From NCBI RefSeq assembly GCF_000025505.1, contig NC_013849.1, forward strand, positions 1,980,001-2,012,000: DNA of 32,000 nt, given 5' to 3'. Numbering within the stretch: the first letter of the stretch is position 1; each line of letters begins with the position of its first letter. This document shows, one piece after another, positions 31,512 through 32,000 of the stretch. Both the position numbers and the translations under genes were made by a program. Origin of the DNA: Ferroglobus placidus DSM 10642 (GTDB taxonomy: Archaea > Halobacteriota > Archaeoglobi > Archaeoglobales > Archaeoglobaceae). The notes beneath the pieces were generated by a model that saw nothing but the letters and a program-made list of their open reading frames with translations, searched no databases and was not told the origin of the DNA.

Positions 31512-31694
31512 ATGGATGTCGAGGTTGTGAAGCGAGCAGTCAGAGAGGTTCTGAGAGAAGAGCTTGAGAGGGTTCTCAAAGAAGTAGTTTTAAATCTGAT
31601 TCCCGAAGATGAGCCCGAAGAGGACGAAAAAGAATTCGTGGGGGAAGAAATCTCAGAGAAAGATTACATTCCACTCAAGGAGGTCATGAAGTGA
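31512..31694 (+). CDS. small acidic antitoxin-like protein (RelB-like partner)
   Basis: 60 aa, helical and very acidic (PEDEPEEDEKEF). Its stop overlaps the GTG start of the RelE-like gene (GTGA). Confidence 0.5.
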   Translation: MDVEVVKRAVREVLREELERVLKEVVLNLIPEDEPEEDEKEFVGEEISEKDYIPLKEVMK

Positions 31695-31948
31695 ATGAAG
31701 TCCTTCTTCATAAAAGAGTCGTCAAGTTTCTCGATAAACTCGACAAAAGAAGGAAGGAAAGCATTTTAAAAGTTTTGAAATCTCTTGAAAACTTCCCTTT
31801 AATTAGAGCTGATATAAAGAAGATCGGTAATAGAACATACAGGATGAGAACGGGAGACCTCAGAATAATTTTCGATTACATCAAAGATGAGGATAAGATC
31901 TTCGTCAAATTGGTTGATTTCAGAGGGAAAGTTTATAAGAAAATGTAA
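31691..31948 (+). CDS. relE: RelE/ParE-superfamily toxin (type II TA mRNA interferase)
   Basis: 85 aa. Motifs: KFLDKLDKRRKESILKVLKSL, YRMRTGDLRIIFDYIKDEDKIFVKLVDFRGKVY, a typical RelE/StbE pattern. Confidence 0.7.
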   Translation: MNEVLLHKRVVKFLDKLDKRRKESILKVLKSLENFPLIRADIKKIGNRTYRMRTGDLRIIFDYIKDEDKIFVKLVDFRGKVYKKM

Positions 31949-32000
31949 AAAACTCCACCATGCTGGACGGGAACCCGAGGATCGCAACTTTTATTTTTAT

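Noticed and set aside
31950-32000. A possible tRNA or att target at the right edge (CCACCATGCTGGACGGGAACCCGAGGATCGCAAC)
   Set aside because: Neither strand shows a T-loop (GTTCRANYC-like) or acceptor/T-arm geometry. CGGG-AA-CCCG is only a tiny hairpin followed by T-runs, more consistent with the relE terminator region.
1-32000. CRISPR arrays, rRNA/tRNA genes and long tandem repeats
   Set aside because: Reading both strands, I saw no regularly spaced direct repeats and no rRNA- or tRNA-like sequences. The only multi-copy elements are the promoter boxes and the IS termini reported above.

Overview
This looks like an archaeal chromosome segment. Gene content, Shine-Dalgarno (SD) GGAGGTGA-type ribosome-binding sites (RBS), TATA-type promoters and the atpHIKEC gene order point to an Archaeoglobus/Ferroglobus-like euryarchaeon; that assignment is inferred, not proven.

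Layout:
- 1-3969 (minus strand): the promoter-proximal part of the A1Ao ATP synthase operon, atpH-I-K-E-C, with atpC running off the left edge.
- 4.4-29.6 kb: a dense acyl-CoA, aromatic or ketone-type catabolic island.
  - PaaK-like CoA ligase and a family III CoA-transferase.
  - A 39-aa membrane peptide (absent from the ORF track) coupled to a sodium:solute symporter.
  - etfBA, divergent from a FadH/enoate-reductase-like flavoprotein.
  - An IS1-family insertion, then a cytoplasmic reductive-dehalogenase-like protein.
  - An hbd-thiolase-DUF35 operon.
  - An 11-gene, tightly coupled operon: hyuA, hyuB (frame broken in a C8 tract), V4R protein, acyl-CoA dehydrogenase, split B12 acyl-CoA mutase, NrpR-family regulator, four-cluster ferredoxin, tungsten AOR, AN1-like zinc-ribbon mini-protein and a MoaD/Ubl-like protein.
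- 29.6-32 kb: a decaying integrated element.
  - A tyrosine integrase with an in-frame TAG.
  - A multiply broken small toxin-like gene next to an intact wHTH partner.
  - A relBE-like pair.

The most notable signal is non-coding. An identical 19-nt box, ATAACCGTTAAATTTATAT (an inverted repeat fused to the TATA box), heads four separate transcription units of the island. In three of them a second conserved box, AATTGTGA, follows at fixed spacing; two of those share an identical 18-mer. This suggests an undescribed regulon with a dedicated operator architecture.

All functional calls come from reading the translated ORFs and remembered family motifs. No searches were run.
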